From a virus (Duplodnaviria > Heunggongvirae > Uroviricota > Caudoviricetes), in the IMG/VR virus record IMGVR_UViG_3300013232_000486: DNA of 64,000 nt; one strand, given 5' to 3'. Made by a program: the position numbers and the translations under genes. The notes beneath the pieces were generated by a model. That model saw only the letters and a list, made by a program, of their open reading frames with translations. It did not search any database and had not been told where the DNA came from. Each line of letters opens with the position of its first letter. Positions within the stretch are counted from its first letter, which is position 1. Positions 62,802 to 64,000 of the stretch are shown piece by piece.

Positions 62802-63099
62802 CCTCTGGCAGCAAGAGGTCAGAGGCATTTCCGTGATCGTTCCAGAAGCCGAAGAGTTCGGTTACTACGACGGCTGGCATTTATGCTATTTCGAGGCCGA
62901 AAAGCCATTCGACTGCGACACGTCGGAAGTGGGTCTTCGACATGATGCCGCATTCGCCGCCGTGGCGGCTGCGGCCTGGCATCGTCGATGTTCCAAGCCC
63001 AAGGAAGTCCAGTGTCAGTGTACGTGTACGCAATGCGTCCTCGCTCATGCCTGGCAGAGAATCTACGAGAAGGTCATGGAAGAACTGGAGGCCAAATGA
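62770..63099 (+). CDS. Cys-containing hypothetical protein
   Basis: GGAG ribosome-binding site; CQCTCTQC. Confidence 0.5.
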   Translation: MKYDSRPPYDSLWQQEVRGISVIVPEAEEFGYYDGWHLCYFEAEKPFDCDTSEVGLRHDAAFAAVAAAAWHRRCSKPKEVQCQCTCTQCVLAHAWQRIYEKVMEELEAK

Positions 63100-63611
63100 A
63101 GACTTGGTACAAGGCCGTCTGTAACGAATGTGGAGAGGCCATTGACTTGTTTGTCAATAATCCAACCTGTACCAACTACTACCTGTCAAAACAGAGCGTA
63201 CAGATTCAAGCATGGCTGATAAAACACGAGGGCTGCGCTCCCTTGAAATTAATTTGGCGGGATGATCAGTTGGACGCACTTTGGGATATGGGATACGAGC
63301 GACAGCGACGGGATGACCAGTGCGACGGCGGTTTTGATGTTCTGGTTCGGAGGACCAAGCCCAAAGCGGCTGGTGAGGATTGGTTGCGTTCGGGACCATG
63401 TCGTTGCATAATTGTTGACCCGAGTGGGATGACGCTTGGACGTGATCAACAGGGGTTCGTCGCGACATGTCCTCCAGAAGTCAAAACGCATGTTGGAAAA
63501 AAGGGCTTCGCCGAGAGGATGAAGCCAGGAGAGGTTCGCATCATACTAGACGATGGGACAACTTTGCATGGATCCGAATGCTGGTGGATCAAGCTGGAGA
63601 AGGGACAATGA
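63096..63611 (+). CDS. Hypothetical protein
   Basis: ATGA overlap; CNEC. Confidence 0.6.
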   Translation: MKTWYKAVCNECGEAIDLFVNNPTCTNYYLSKQSVQIQAWLIKHEGCAPLKLIWRDDQLDALWDMGYERQRRDDQCDGGFDVLVRRTKPKAAGEDWLRSGPCRCIIVDPSGMTLGRDQQGFVATCPPEVKTHVGKKGFAERMKPGEVRIILDDGTTLHGSECWWIKLEKGQ

Positions 63612-64000
63612 AGGCTCTGACGCTCTGGCAACCTTGGGCCTCGGCCATCCTTTGTGGGTTGAAGAACTACGAGACGCGTAGCTGGTCGACAAAGCATCGC
63701 GGACCGCTGGCCATACACGCATCCAAGGGCGTCCCAACGCAAGTTGCCCGCGATCCCGTGTACAAGAACCTCTACCAAGAAGTCATGGACAAGATGGGCG
63801 AGCTGTTTGATTTCGATGGCCCGTCACTGCCGACGTCTTGCATCGTAACAACGTGCCTCGTTGACGACTGCATCTCGACGGATGACGTGGTAGACAAAGA
63901 CAAGGAACTCCGCTGGGGCAATTACTCCCCAAATCGCTTCGCATGGAAGCTGTCTGGCGTGTTCAGGGAATTCAAGCCAATCACTTGCTCTGGGACGCAA
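63608..64000 (+). CDS. ASCH-domain protein (truncated by the window edge)
   Basis: Manual translation MKALTLWQPWASAI..G.K..ETRSW.T.HRGPLAIHA; not in the ORF track. Confidence 0.9.
   Translation, partial: MKALTLWQPWASAILCGLKNYETRSWSTKHRGPLAIHASKGVPTQVARDPVYKNLYQEVMDKMGELFDFDGPSLPTSCIVTTCLVDDCISTDDVVDKDKELRWGNYSPNRFAWKLSGVFREFKPITCSGTQ

Noticed and set aside
1-64000. Stop-codon reassignment (alternative genetic code), as seen in some large phages
   Set aside because: Code 11 gives long, tightly packed ORFs, with TAG, TGA and TAA all used as real stops at gene junctions.

Overview
This window looks like part of a large dsDNA bacteriophage genome. It has dense, overlapping ORFs in genetic code 11, AGGAG-type ribosome-binding sites and sigma70-like promoters, and I found no rRNA or tRNA genes. 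(1) 1-9.3 kb, minus strand: a virion fibre module with three (Gly-X-Ser)n collagen-like proteins, three paralogous beta-helix-type receptor-binding candidates and an adjacent GT2 glycosyltransferase. (2) 11.4-15 kb: an SF2 helicase with a LAGLIDADG intein in Walker A. (3) 14.95-16.35 kb: an ORF-free intergenic region with a promoter, a G-quadruplex motif and extensive nested stems, a candidate large ncRNA and/or replication origin. (4) 16.4-33 kb: a replication and nucleotide block (Ycf46-like AAA ATPase, DnaC-like loader, DnaB, stand-alone primase zinc finger, family-4 UDG, probable SSB, 5'-nucleotidase, ADP-ribosylglycohydrolase lacking its catalytic acids). (5) 33-48 kb: a glycan-synthesis island including a 1434-aa multi-GT protein. 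(6) 48-64 kb: accessory genes (NadR-like ATPase, RlmJ-like and TrmH-like methyltransferases, ubiquitin-like protein plus partner, Hsp20, FkbM, PncB, WYL, Nudix, MBL hydrolase, ASCH). The strongest unexplained signals are a shared N-terminal peptide M[PS]FQxA[KR]LxxNW on six glycan-island proteins of five unrelated fold types, a shared C-terminal DR[WL]xF[IV] motif on four consecutive replication-region proteins, and the ~0.9 kb structured non-coding region. All family assignments come from motifs recognised by eye, not from database searches.
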